A stretch of 64,000 bases of DNA, taken from an uncultured Verrucomicrobiae bacterium (lineage in GTDB: Bacteria > Verrucomicrobiota > Verrucomicrobiia > Limisphaerales > Palsa-1400). The notes beneath the pieces are model-generated. The model did no database searches. It saw only the letters and a program-made list of their open reading frames with translations, and had not been told where the DNA came from. Location: assembly GCA_963764165.1 (NCBI GenBank), contig CAVXRD010000002.1:3488001-3552000 (forward strand). Reading direction: 5' to 3'. Position 1 is the first letter of the stretch, and each line of letters begins with the position of its first letter. This document shows positions 1 through 9,066 of this stretch, in pieces. The translations under genes and the position numbers were made by a program.

Positions 1-203
1 ATGCGGAATTTGCCGCCCACCCGCAAATCCATCTTCGCTGACGGCACCTCCATGCCCGGCTCCGGCCGCATCCATTGCTGAATGTGCTCCGGTGATGTCC
101 AAGCCTTAAACGCCAGTTCCTGCGGCGCATTGAGCATTCTCGTGATGACCAAAGTCGCGTCATCCGGTTTCCGCACTTCATTATTTGTCATTGTCGTTGT
201 CAT
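1..203 (-). CDS. SRPBCC/AHSA1-family (START-like) protein, 5' part, truncated by window edge
   Basis: Manual translation from ATG at 203: MTTTMTNNEVRKPDDATLVITRMLNAPQELAFKAWTSPEHIQQW...MDLRVGGKFRI. This fits the AHSA1 pattern, and the gene overlaps the end of an ArsR gene as is usual for this pair. Confidence 0.85.
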   Translation of the reverse strand, partial: MTTTMTNNEVRKPDDATLVITRMLNAPQELAFKAWTSPEHIQQWMRPEPGMEVPSAKMDLRVGGKFR

Positions 204-546
204 GTTTGTTTTCCTTTTGTTGCAGTTTGTTTAGATAAGCCTCAAAACGATCCAGGTTCCCTTCCCAGAACTGCCGATACCGATTGATCCACAGTTGAGC
301 TTCCTTCATAGGTTGCGCCTCCAATGTCAGGGTATGCACCCGGCCTTTGCGCCGGCGCTTCACCAACCCCGCTTTCTCCAGGACGATCACGTGCTTCGAA
401 ACCGCCGCAAGCGACATTGAGTGAGGCTGGGCCAGGTCCGTCACGCATTGGTCTCCCTGGGCCAACTGGGCCACGATCCGCCGACGCGTCGGGTCCGCCA
501 GGGCCCCAAAAGTTCGGTCGAGGAGCGTGGATTTATATTCAACCAT
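181..546 (-). CDS. ArsR/SmtB family transcriptional regulator
   Basis: FGALADPTRRRI...SLAAVSKHVIVLEKAGLV winged-HTH motif. Start taken at MVEYK (546). Confidence 0.92.
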   Translation of the reverse strand: MVEYKSTLLDRTFGALADPTRRRIVAQLAQGDQCVTDLAQPHSMSLAAVSKHVIVLEKAGLVKRRRKGRVHTLTLEAQPMKEAQLWINRYRQFWEGNLDRFEAYLNKLQQKENKHDNDNDK

Positions 547-559
547 ATGGTTGAATATA
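534..559. promoter_or_regulatory. Perfect 26-bp palindrome, probable ArsR autoregulatory operator
   Basis: TATATTCAACCATATGGTTGAATATA is its own reverse complement and overlaps the ArsR start codon. Confidence 0.75.
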
Positions 560-919
560 GTTTGAAAAAAAAATCCGCGCAATCCAAATTTTCGAAATTC
601 TTAAACCTTTTGGGCTGGCGCCCCTAGGAGCGTTTTTCGATCCGCGATTTTCACGATTTCTACCTTGCTTTGCCTTTGATTACCTGTCGCTGATAAATCA
701 AAAATCGGCCTTGGCGGGGCAAGGCTGCCAATGAGCCTGCTAACGGTCAGCGGCGCTTCGTCTTTCGGCTAATTGCGGCTCATGGCCCAACTGCGGATTA
801 TCGCACCCGTGAAATTTCCTTCGGACTCATTGACAAATGACGCGGAGCCATCAATGGAACCGGCCAGCCCCGTCGTCTCGTCCGGGCGCACCGCAAAAAC
901 GCATTTGTTGACAACCAAT

Positions 920-3466
920 ATGAAAAAATCCCTGGTCTTCATCCTCGTCTCAGCCGCCCTTGTTGCAAACATTCATGCGGGCATTTTCAACGTCATTCAC
1001 AGCTTCGGCTCGCCGCTGACCAACGTCGGCGTTGAGCCCGCGGGTGGCGTGGTGCCAGGGCCGGACGGGACGCTCTACGGCGTCGATTTCAACGGCGGCA
1101 TCAACAATTACGGAACTATCTACAGCTTCAATGCCAATGGGTGCTACGCGCTCTGGAATTTCGCGGATTCGGGTGATGGCGCATACCCGGTCGGCGACCT
1201 GATTTTGGACGGGACCACGCTTTATGGGATTACGTCAGGAAACGGCGGGGCGGGCGGATTGTTCAAAATTCAAACGGACGGAACTGGGTTCTCGGTATTG
1301 CACAATTTTACCAGTTCAACCGACGGCTCGGCTGCCGCGGCAGGATTGGTCATGAGCGGGAATGTGTTCTACGGAGTTTGCCCAGCCGGCGGCTCCGGCG
1401 GCACTGGCACTGTCTTCAAAATGAACAGCGACGGGAGTGGCTTTCAGGTCCTGCACCATTTCACGAGCATTGATCCGGCAGCGTTTACGAATGCGGACGG
1501 CGCTTATCCGGAAGGCAAGCTGGTGTTGGATGGGAACACTCTTTACGGCACGACTTACCAGGGCGGGAATAATCAATTCGGCTCCGTTTTCTCCGTGCAA
1601 ATTGATGGAAGCGCTTTTGCTGTGCTGCACGTCTTCGATTCGTCCGAAGGGATGCTGCCAGTGGCTGGATTGACTCTTAGCGGAACAAAACTTTTCGGCA
1701 CGACCTATTACGGGGGAACCGATGGCAACGGCACGATTTTCACGCTCAACACCGATGGCTCAGGCTACACAACCCTCTATTCCCTGGCCAACGGTGGCAA
1801 CGATGGCATCGGCCCGCGAGCAACTCTTTTGTTGAGCGGAAATACGCTGTTTGGCTCCGCCTATGAAGGCGGTGCGAATGGCAACGGAACGCTGTTCTCG
1901 TTGCAGACGGACGGAACGGGATTTAATTTGTTTTACACCTTTTCAGCGCTTGATCCCAACTACTACGACAATAATGACGGAGCCAATCCCATTTCCGAAC
2001 TGCTGCTGTATCATGGAGTTTTGTGCGGAACCGCGCCGGGTGGAGGTTTGATTGCCACGCCGAGTTATTCTCAGAACTTCGGCACCCTGTTCCAGGTGAA
2101 TCCCGACGGCACCGGATTCTCGACCGACTATTTCTTCGATAACACCAGTGCGTCGACGGATGGGTATAATCCAGAGTGTCCGCTCGTGATTTCCGGCAAC
2201 ACAGTCTATGGGATGACTTATCTTGGAGGGCTCGATAATTACGGCGGCGTTTTCAAGGTGAACCGCGATGGGACCGGTTTCGTTCTGTTGCATTCCTTTG
2301 GTTTTGCCGAAGGCGCGTACCCGGTGGGAGGATTGGCCCTGGCTGGAAACACTCTTTACGGCACCACCATCAGCGGCGGCGCATTTGTCACCAACGGCGT
2401 CGTCTTTTCGATGAATACAGACGGCACTGGCTATTCTGTCCTGCACTCCTTTGCGGGTGGAACCGAGGGGTATGAGCCGTCCGCGGGAGTCACAATTGGC
2501 GGCGGCGCGCTTTATGGCACGACTTACAACGGCGGATCCAACGGTTACGGCACGGTCTACAGGCTGGACTTGAACACGCTTCAGCTTCAGACACTTCTCC
2601 ATTTCGCGGTGACAAATGGCGCGCATCCAAACTCCCCGCTCGTGCTGTCGGGCAGCACTCTTTACGGAGAAACTCCAGCGGGCGGCGTTGGCGCGGGCAA
2701 CTTGTTTAAAATGCAAACTGACGGCGCCGGCTTCACCAATTTGCGCGTCTTTTCGTTCACCACTGGCGAGGGTTCGCAAGGCGAAGGCGAAACGCCAGAG
2801 GGCGGGCTCATTCTCAACGGCGGCACGCTCTATGGAACCTCGGCCAACGGCGGGGAGAATCACACCGGGAATGTGTTCAAAATCAACACCGACGGCACCG
2901 GCTATGAGACGTTGTTCAATTTTGACCCGACGGCCTATAACGGAATCACCCAGACAAACTCAGACGGCGCGAACCCTGGCTCCGCGCTGGCGCTCTACGG
3001 CAACACGCTCTACGGCACGGCAACGTACGGGGGCGCTTACGGATACGGTACGCTTTTTGAGGTCAATACGAATGCAAACGGGGAGGCCGGCTTCACCAAT
3101 CTGCACACCTTCACGAGCTGGACGGGCTTTGAGTCACCGGTGGATGGCGGGTATCCGGGCGGAGGCGTCCTGTTCTCGGAAGGCCAATTGCTCGGAGTGG
3201 CAGGAGTGGGCGGAATCTTCGATTACGGGGTGGCATACCGTTACGACATCGTGCCGCCCCTGCACATTGCCGTCGTGAGCAACACACCTTTCATTTATTG
3301 GCAGCCCGACGGCGAAAATCACACGCTGCAATTCACGATGGACATCTCCACCGGCCCGTGGTCGAACGCTCCGGCCATCAACTTCACCAATATCGACAAC
3401 AACCGGGGCGTTCTCATGACGAACAAGCCTTTGCCGGCGCCCATTTTTTTCCGATTGATGGATTAG
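920..3466 (+). CDS. Secreted Gloeo/Verruco (GloVer) tandem-repeat protein, probable beta-propeller, with C-terminal FFRL domain
   Basis: Signal peptide MKKSLVFILVSAALVANIHA. About 14 repeats of the type DGAxPxxxLxLxGNTLYGTTxxGGxxxxGTVFKxNxDGTGFxxLHxF. Confidence 0.88.
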   Translation: MKKSLVFILVSAALVANIHAGIFNVIHSFGSPLTNVGVEPAGGVVPGPDGTLYGVDFNGGINNYGTIYSFNANGCYALWNFADSGDGAYPVGDLILDGTTLYGITSGNGGAGGLFKIQTDGTGFSVLHNFTSSTDGSAAAAGLVMSGNVFYGVCPAGGSGGTGTVFKMNSDGSGFQVLHHFTSIDPAAFTNADGAYPEGKLVLDGNTLYGTTYQGGNNQFGSVFSVQIDGSAFAVLHVFDSSEGMLPVAGLTLSGTKLFGTTYYGGTDGNGTIFTLNTDGSGYTTLYSLANGGNDGIGPRATLLLSGNTLFGSAYEGGANGNGTLFSLQTDGTGFNLFYTFSALDPNYYDNNDGANPISELLLYHGVLCGTAPGGGLIATPSYSQNFGTLFQVNPDGTGFSTDYFFDNTSASTDGYNPECPLVISGNTVYGMTYLGGLDNYGGVFKVNRDGTGFVLLHSFGFAEGAYPVGGLALAGNTLYGTTISGGAFVTNGVVFSMNTDGTGYSVLHSFAGGTEGYEPSAGVTIGGGALYGTTYNGGSNGYGTVYRLDLNTLQLQTLLHFAVTNGAHPNSPLVLSGSTLYGETPAGGVGAGNLFKMQTDGAGFTNLRVFSFTTGEGSQGEGETPEGGLILNGGTLYGTSANGGENHTGNVFKINTDGTGYETLFNFDPTAYNGITQTNSDGANPGSALALYGNTLYGTATYGGAYGYGTLFEVNTNANGEAGFTNLHTFTSWTGFESPVDGGYPGGGVLFSEGQLLGVAGVGGIFDYGVAYRYDIVPPLHIAVVSNTPFIYWQPDGENHTLQFTMDISTGPWSNAPAINFTNIDNNRGVLMTNKPLPAPIFFRLMD

Positions 3467-3564
3467 TGGCAGGTTTCGGGATGTTTGACTTGCAAAATCA
3501 GGGGAACGGCTCCACTGTAAGCGGCATTGCGTTTCAGTTTATAAAAAGTCAAAATCGAGGAGCC

Positions 3565-6500
3565 ATGCCCAATTCGTCGACCGTATTCCCTGCAACCGTA
3601 TTGTCTTTATCCACCGGCCTTCCATCCCCCATGCCGAAATGGATGCCGCGCCTGGGCGTGGTCCGGCGGCTGATCTTGGCAGCCGTCGTGCTGCTGGCGG
3701 GCCTCCACCCCTCGTTTGCGGGGACATGGGCCGCTCTCAGCAGCGCCCCGCCCGTCGGTGTGAATCATGCGATGCTGTTAACCGATGGAACGATTTACAC
3801 GGACAACGGCTCCGGCCAATGCTGCCGCCTGACGCCGGACATCCACGGCAATTACCAATTCGGAACCTGGACTCATCTGGCCACGATGAATGATCCGCGG
3901 CTGTTCTTCACCTCGGAAATGCTCACCAACGGGAATATTTTCGTGGCCGGCGGGGAGTATGGCTCGGGAGGGCGGCACGCGGAGCTGTTTGACCCGCTCA
4001 GAAACACATGGTCGAAGATTCCTGATCCACTGCAGGCGCCGATATTTTCGGACACCATCGGAAAGTTGCTTCCGAACGGAAATGTTCTCACCGCTCCAGT
4101 GAGCTTATTCGGCCCATGCTTGATTTACAACGCCCTGACCAATGGCTGGCAAACCGCCGCCACCGCGAATAACCAAAATGAAGTCTGCTGGGTCAGAATG
4201 TCCAACGACTGCATCCTGACCGTCGACACCGGCACACAAAACGCGGAACATTACGCGCCAACCTTGAACGCCTGGGAGATTGACCACACTGTTCCTGTCG
4301 CGATTTATGGCTATGGCGCGGAGCTGGGCGCGGGATTTTTGCTGCCGAACGGAAAAGTGTTCTATATCGGAGCCTCGACCAACACCGCGATTTACACATC
4401 GGGCGCGAGCGTATCGGCCGCCGGCAGCTGGGTGGCCGGCCCGCCGATGGTTTTCGGGGCGAACCAGTTGGGCGCGGTCGATGCGCCGGCCGCGATGATG
4501 GTGACTGGAAACATTCTGTGCGCACTGGGGCCGATTGGCGGCTTCAACGGCCCAACGAGCTTCTATGAATACAATTACCTTTCCAACGCCTTCACGGCCG
4601 AAAGCGCCCCGGGGGGTGGCAGTTCTTACTCCGCTTCCGCCCCGTTTGGAACCAGCATGCTTTGCCTCCCCAACGGGACCGTGCTTTTTATCGGCGGCCA
4701 AAATACCCAATCGCTGTACGTCTACACGCCGTCCGGCGCCCCTCTGGCGCAGGGCCAGCCGGGCATCAGTTCGATCGCCGAAAATGCCGACGGGTCGTTT
4801 CTGCTGACCGGCACCAATCTTAATGGCATCAGCGCCGGCGCCGCTTACGGGGACGACGAACAGATGGACAGCAATTACCCGCTCGTGCGCATGACGAATT
4901 CATCCACCGGGTATGTCTACTATGGCCGGACCGCGAACTGGAGCAGCAGCAGTGTCATGACCGGAAGCAAGGTGATCACGACGAAGTTTACGGTTCCGAC
5001 GAACTTGCCCGCTGGCACTTACTCGCTGGTGGCCGTGGCCAACGGCAACGCATCCGCGCCGACGAATTTTGTGTACTCGCCTATCTCCGCTCCAACCGGG
5101 CTGAGCGCCATCAGCGGAAGCAACAATTTGGTCCGGCTGAGCTGGAATGCGAGCGCCAATGCCACTGCTTACAATGTAAAGGTCTGCTCCAATAGCACCG
5201 GTTATTTCACCACTCTCGCCACGGTCACCGGCACAACTTACACCAATGCCGGCCTCACCAATGGGGTCATCTATTACTACAAAGTCGCGGCCATTGGCGC
5301 CAACGGCCCCAGTGTCGACTCCGCGGCGGTCAGCGCCACTCCCTCGGGGCCAACGCCGATTCCGGGCGCGATCTCGGTCAGTTTGGCGTCGTCTTACAAC
5401 CGCGTCGGCATCTCCACCGATGGCCGCAGCATCAGCGGTTCCGGACTCGACGGCAGCGGCAATGTGTTTTCAGCGAATCTCCTTGGCCCCGACATTATTT
5501 GGAACAACCTCGTCTTCACCTTCGGGCCTGCCAATGCCTCGGATTCGGTTTATTGCAATGGCCAGACCATCAACCTTCCTCAATTGCAAGTCAACACGCT
5601 GCAATTCCTCGCCACGGCGGTGAATGGCGGCCAGGTCTCCGAGACGTTTACTGTAAATTATACGGATGGATCGAGCACCAACTTCACCCAAAGCTTCAGC
5701 GACTGGGCAAATCCCGAATCATTCGAAGGTGAAACCCCGCTCATCAACATGTATCATCGCAATACGAGCAGCGGCGGCCTGTCACTCCTGAACGTGACGC
5801 TGAATGCCTATATCTTTGTTTTGGACAGGACCAAGACTGTCATGAGCGTCACGCTGCCTAGCGACTCGAGTTTGATTCTATTTGCCATGGACGAGTCACT
5901 TGATCCCGCTCCGGTTGCACTGGATGCCTATTACAACCGCGCTGGCATCACCAGCGACGGCACCGCCTTCACGAATCCACCCACCGGCGGCGTGGATGGC
6001 GACGGCAATGCCTACTCGGGCACGCTGCTCGGACCCACGCACACTTGGACCAACACACTTTTTGAATTCGGTTCGCAGGATGAGACGAACGTGATTAGCT
6101 GCGAAGGAGAGGTCGTGGCGCTGCTCCCTGGAAACTATTCCAAGCTGCGAATGATCGCTGCCGCCGTCAACGGAAGCCAATCCTCGAAATCATTTATGGT
6201 GACGTATGCCGACGGCAGCACCACAACCTTCATCCAAAGCTTTAGCGATTGGTCCACTCCCGCGGTTTTTTCGGGCGAAACCAAGGCTATTCCCATGAGC
6301 TACCGCAATAGCAGCGACGGATCGTCGTCGCAAAACTCCACTTTTTATCTATATGGTTACACGTTTGTGCTCAGTCCAACCAAGCAAGCCGTCAGCATCA
6401 CGCTGCCCACGGATAAAAATCTTATAATCGCCGCCATGACGGAGGTGCCCGATTATCCGCCCTCGTTTGCAGCCAACGCTTTCACCCTCCCTTTCGCGAC

Positions 6501-7206
6501 GGTGGGCTCGCCTTACAGCGCCAGCGTCGCTTCCGATGCAACGGAATTGAGCGGTGATCCAATAACTTATACCGAATTAAGCGGCCCAGGCTGGGTAACG
6601 GTGTCCCCCGGCGGCGCTGTCACCGGCACGCCGTCCTCGTCGGATCTGAATTTGAACACCCTTTACATCAGCGCCACAAATGCAAATGGGATGTCGAATA
6701 GCGCCGTCTTCTATATTTACGTCGACGCTCCGCCCTACTTCCTGGAGGATCCGTTCGCGGAGCCCGACGCAACCGCCGGACAACTCTACTCGGTGAATAT
6801 CGCCACCAACGCGGCGGATCCGAACCCCACCGATGCGCTGACGTTCGGTTATCTGGCCGGGCCTACCTGGCTGAACGTCGCCTCCAACGGAGTCCTGTCG
6901 GGAACGCCGAACTCTTCCGATGTCGGCACCAATGCCATTGAGGTCAGCGTGGCCGACCCTTACGGCTTGTCGGACAGCGCGATCGTGGACATCATTGTCG
7001 ATCCTGCGCCAGCAATCATGCAATCGCTCTCGATGCAAGGCGGGCAATTAGTATTGACGTGGGCGGGAGGCGCCGGGCCGTTCCAAGTTCAAACGACGAC
7101 CGACCTGACGCAGCCATGGCAGGACGTTGGCGCGCCTATCAGCACGAATTCGATTGTGATCTCGCCCACCAACCAGGCGGCATTCTACCGAATCGTCGGC
7201 GATTGA
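3565..7206 (+). CDS. Large secreted protein: kelch-type propeller, FN3, two repeated beta-sandwich domains, two putative Ig domains, C-terminal FYRI domain
   Basis: GAGGAG RBS before ATG 3565 and a hydrophobic signal ending PSFA. Kelch-like LxNGxVFxxGG repeats, FN3 (LSWNAS...YYYKVAA), a duplicated YNRxGIxxDG...FSDW domain, and GPxWLxVxxxGxLSGTP Ig repeats. Confidence 0.8.
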   Translation: MPNSSTVFPATVLSLSTGLPSPMPKWMPRLGVVRRLILAAVVLLAGLHPSFAGTWAALSSAPPVGVNHAMLLTDGTIYTDNGSGQCCRLTPDIHGNYQFGTWTHLATMNDPRLFFTSEMLTNGNIFVAGGEYGSGGRHAELFDPLRNTWSKIPDPLQAPIFSDTIGKLLPNGNVLTAPVSLFGPCLIYNALTNGWQTAATANNQNEVCWVRMSNDCILTVDTGTQNAEHYAPTLNAWEIDHTVPVAIYGYGAELGAGFLLPNGKVFYIGASTNTAIYTSGASVSAAGSWVAGPPMVFGANQLGAVDAPAAMMVTGNILCALGPIGGFNGPTSFYEYNYLSNAFTAESAPGGGSSYSASAPFGTSMLCLPNGTVLFIGGQNTQSLYVYTPSGAPLAQGQPGISSIAENADGSFLLTGTNLNGISAGAAYGDDEQMDSNYPLVRMTNSSTGYVYYGRTANWSSSSVMTGSKVITTKFTVPTNLPAGTYSLVAVANGNASAPTNFVYSPISAPTGLSAISGSNNLVRLSWNASANATAYNVKVCSNSTGYFTTLATVTGTTYTNAGLTNGVIYYYKVAAIGANGPSVDSAAVSATPSGPTPIPGAISVSLASSYNRVGISTDGRSISGSGLDGSGNVFSANLLGPDIIWNNLVFTFGPANASDSVYCNGQTINLPQLQVNTLQFLATAVNGGQVSETFTVNYTDGSSTNFTQSFSDWANPESFEGETPLINMYHRNTSSGGLSLLNVTLNAYIFVLDRTKTVMSVTLPSDSSLILFAMDESLDPAPVALDAYYNRAGITSDGTAFTNPPTGGVDGDGNAYSGTLLGPTHTWTNTLFEFGSQDETNVISCEGEVVALLPGNYSKLRMIAAAVNGSQSSKSFMVTYADGSTTTFIQSFSDWSTPAVFSGETKAIPMSYRNSSDGSSSQNSTFYLYGYTFVLSPTKQAVSITLPTDKNLIIAAMTEVPDYPPSFAANAFTLPFATVGSPYSASVASDATELSGDPITYTELSGPGWVTVSPGGAVTGTPSSSDLNLNTLYISATNANGMSNSAVFYIYVDAPPYFLEDPFAEPDATAGQLYSVNIATNAADPNPTDALTFGYLAGPTWLNVASNGVLSGTPNSSDVGTNAIEVSVADPYGLSDSAIVDIIVDPAPAIMQSLSMQGGQLVLTWAGGAGPFQVQTTTDLTQPWQDVGAPISTNSIVISPTNQAAFYRIVGD

Positions 7207-7237
7207 GGCTCTTAACGCGTTACTGACGGCGCGAGCT

Positions 7238-7711
7238 ATGAGCTTTTGGAAGGATCTTTTTGGCGCGCGTCCGATTAAAAAGCCTGCGCCTGTAAAACTG
7301 TGGTGCGCCCGAGACATCCCGGAGATCATCAGCCAATTGCAACGATCTGGCGGTGATGGGAGCTTCGCCGTCCTTATATTTGTCGCACCTGATTCAACGG
7401 ACGGCGAGGCCGTCAACCTTCAGTATTCGATCGAGAATGGAACGGTCGGCTTCGATTGGGTTCTCATTGGCCCTCGTAATGTCGCGGACAAAGCAAAGGT
7501 CTTCGAGATCGCATCAAGAATGGGATATCATCTCGAGGAGCACGAAATGAACGATGTCCGCTACTTGCGTGTGACTGGCAGCGGCATTTCTGAACTTGGC
7601 GTAAGAATCATCCAAGGCGTCTACAAGATCGATCCCAACTCCCAAATACTCGACCTTCTTACCGAAGGCTTCATATGCGAGTCGCCTGCGCAGGATGGCA
7701 AATCGCGCTAA
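7238..7711 (+). CDS. Hypothetical protein
   Basis: 157-aa ATG ORF with globular-looking composition filling the gap before the convergent GH1. Confidence 0.65.
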   Translation: MSFWKDLFGARPIKKPAPVKLWCARDIPEIISQLQRSGGDGSFAVLIFVAPDSTDGEAVNLQYSIENGTVGFDWVLIGPRNVADKAKVFEIASRMGYHLEEHEMNDVRYLRVTGSGISELGVRIIQGVYKIDPNSQILDLLTEGFICESPAQDGKSR

Positions 7712-8973
7712 TTTGACGTCTGCACTGCGTTCTCGGCGCAAATTCTCCTATACATTTCGCCAAGGGGCTTCATGCGGCGTGGAAGATGGTCGGCGCTGAA
7801 GTCGACTTCGATCAGCCCGAACTTCTTGGCGTAGCCGAATTGCCATTCGAAGTTGTCTAGCAGCGACCAATAGTAAAATCCCCGGATTTCAACACCGCCT
7901 TGAATGGCCCGATGGACGGCGGCCAGATTGTCGCGCAAGTCCCGCTCGCGAAAAGCCTCGTCATCAGACGACGATCCGTGCTCTGTCACGTAGATCGGCA
8001 GGCCGCTGTAACGATGGAGTTCGCGCAGCGCCGATTCCAGCCCTGCGGGATGCCGCTCAAGCATGTCATCGCATTCGACGCCCAGCTTCGACAATTCCTC
8101 GCGGCTGTAGCCATTGGTGGGAACCAGCGGCTGCAAGCGGCGGAAGCGGATTCTTCCATAATAGTTGACTCCCAGGTAGGTCGAGGCGGTTTTCTTTTTG
8201 CCGTCCATGAAACATTCCATCACGTAATGGTTCAACAAGCGATGAGTCAGCGTCGCTATCATAACATCCCATGGATAGGCGTGGGAGTAGGGTTTGAAAT
8301 AAGTCCAGTTCTTGGAGAAGCCCACCTCCACCGGGCCGAGCGCGCTGCCGGCTTCACGAATAACATGGCACGCCTCCTCGTGGGCCAAACCCATGTTGCG
8401 CACAACCGCGCGAAAAGAATCCACGCGCCATTTTTGCAGCGGCGGAAATTCGCCGATCAAATAGCCGCAGCAGGCGTAAGTATCCGGCTCGTTGAATGTG
8501 TTCCAAAGGCGAATGTGTCCGCGCAGCGCTTTTGCCAGTTTGGTGGTGTAATCAACAAACGCGGGAATCGCCGCGGAATTCGTCCATCCCCCAATTGCAT
8601 TCAACCACGGCGGATTGGAGAAGTGATGCAGCACCACCATCGGTTCAATGCCGGCCATGCGCAATCGGTCCAGTTGGTCGATGTAGCGCGCGAGTTCTAT
8701 TTGGTCCAGCTCAGCACCTTGCACAGGCTGAAGCCTCGACCACTCGATTCCCATGCGGTAAGCGTTGACGCCAAGCTGCCGCATCCACTCGATGTCCTCG
8801 GCGTAGCGGTGGTAGCTATTGCAAGCGATCCGGCAATGTCCGCCGTCGCGAGCGACAAAATCGGTCCATTCGTTGTTGATGTGGCCCTCGATCTGGGTCG
8901 TGGATGTCGCTGTCCCCCACAGAAAGTTCGGTGGAAATTTCAATAGCGATCCATTTTTTGCAATGGCTGACAT
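7708..8973 (-). CDS. Glycoside hydrolase family 1 (beta-glucosidase-like)
   Basis: FPPNFLWGTATS..QIEG, TFNEP acid/base, YVTEHG nucleophile, YYWSLLDNFEW. Confidence 0.92.
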   Translation of the reverse strand: MSAIAKNGSLLKFPPNFLWGTATSTTQIEGHINNEWTDFVARDGGHCRIACNSYHRYAEDIEWMRQLGVNAYRMGIEWSRLQPVQGAELDQIELARYIDQLDRLRMAGIEPMVVLHHFSNPPWLNAIGGWTNSAAIPAFVDYTTKLAKALRGHIRLWNTFNEPDTYACCGYLIGEFPPLQKWRVDSFRAVVRNMGLAHEEACHVIREAGSALGPVEVGFSKNWTYFKPYSHAYPWDVMIATLTHRLLNHYVMECFMDGKKKTASTYLGVNYYGRIRFRRLQPLVPTNGYSREELSKLGVECDDMLERHPAGLESALRELHRYSGLPIYVTEHGSSSDDEAFRERDLRDNLAAVHRAIQGGVEIRGFYYWSLLDNFEWQFGYAKKFGLIEVDFSADHLPRRMKPLGEMYRRICAENAVQTSN

Positions 8974-9066
8974 TTTCTAATGATGACGTGTCAAGAACCG
9001 GAATAAACCAATACCTCATGCGGGTGGCAGGATGCCACGACAAAGGCAGTTGGGCCGGCGGGCGTT

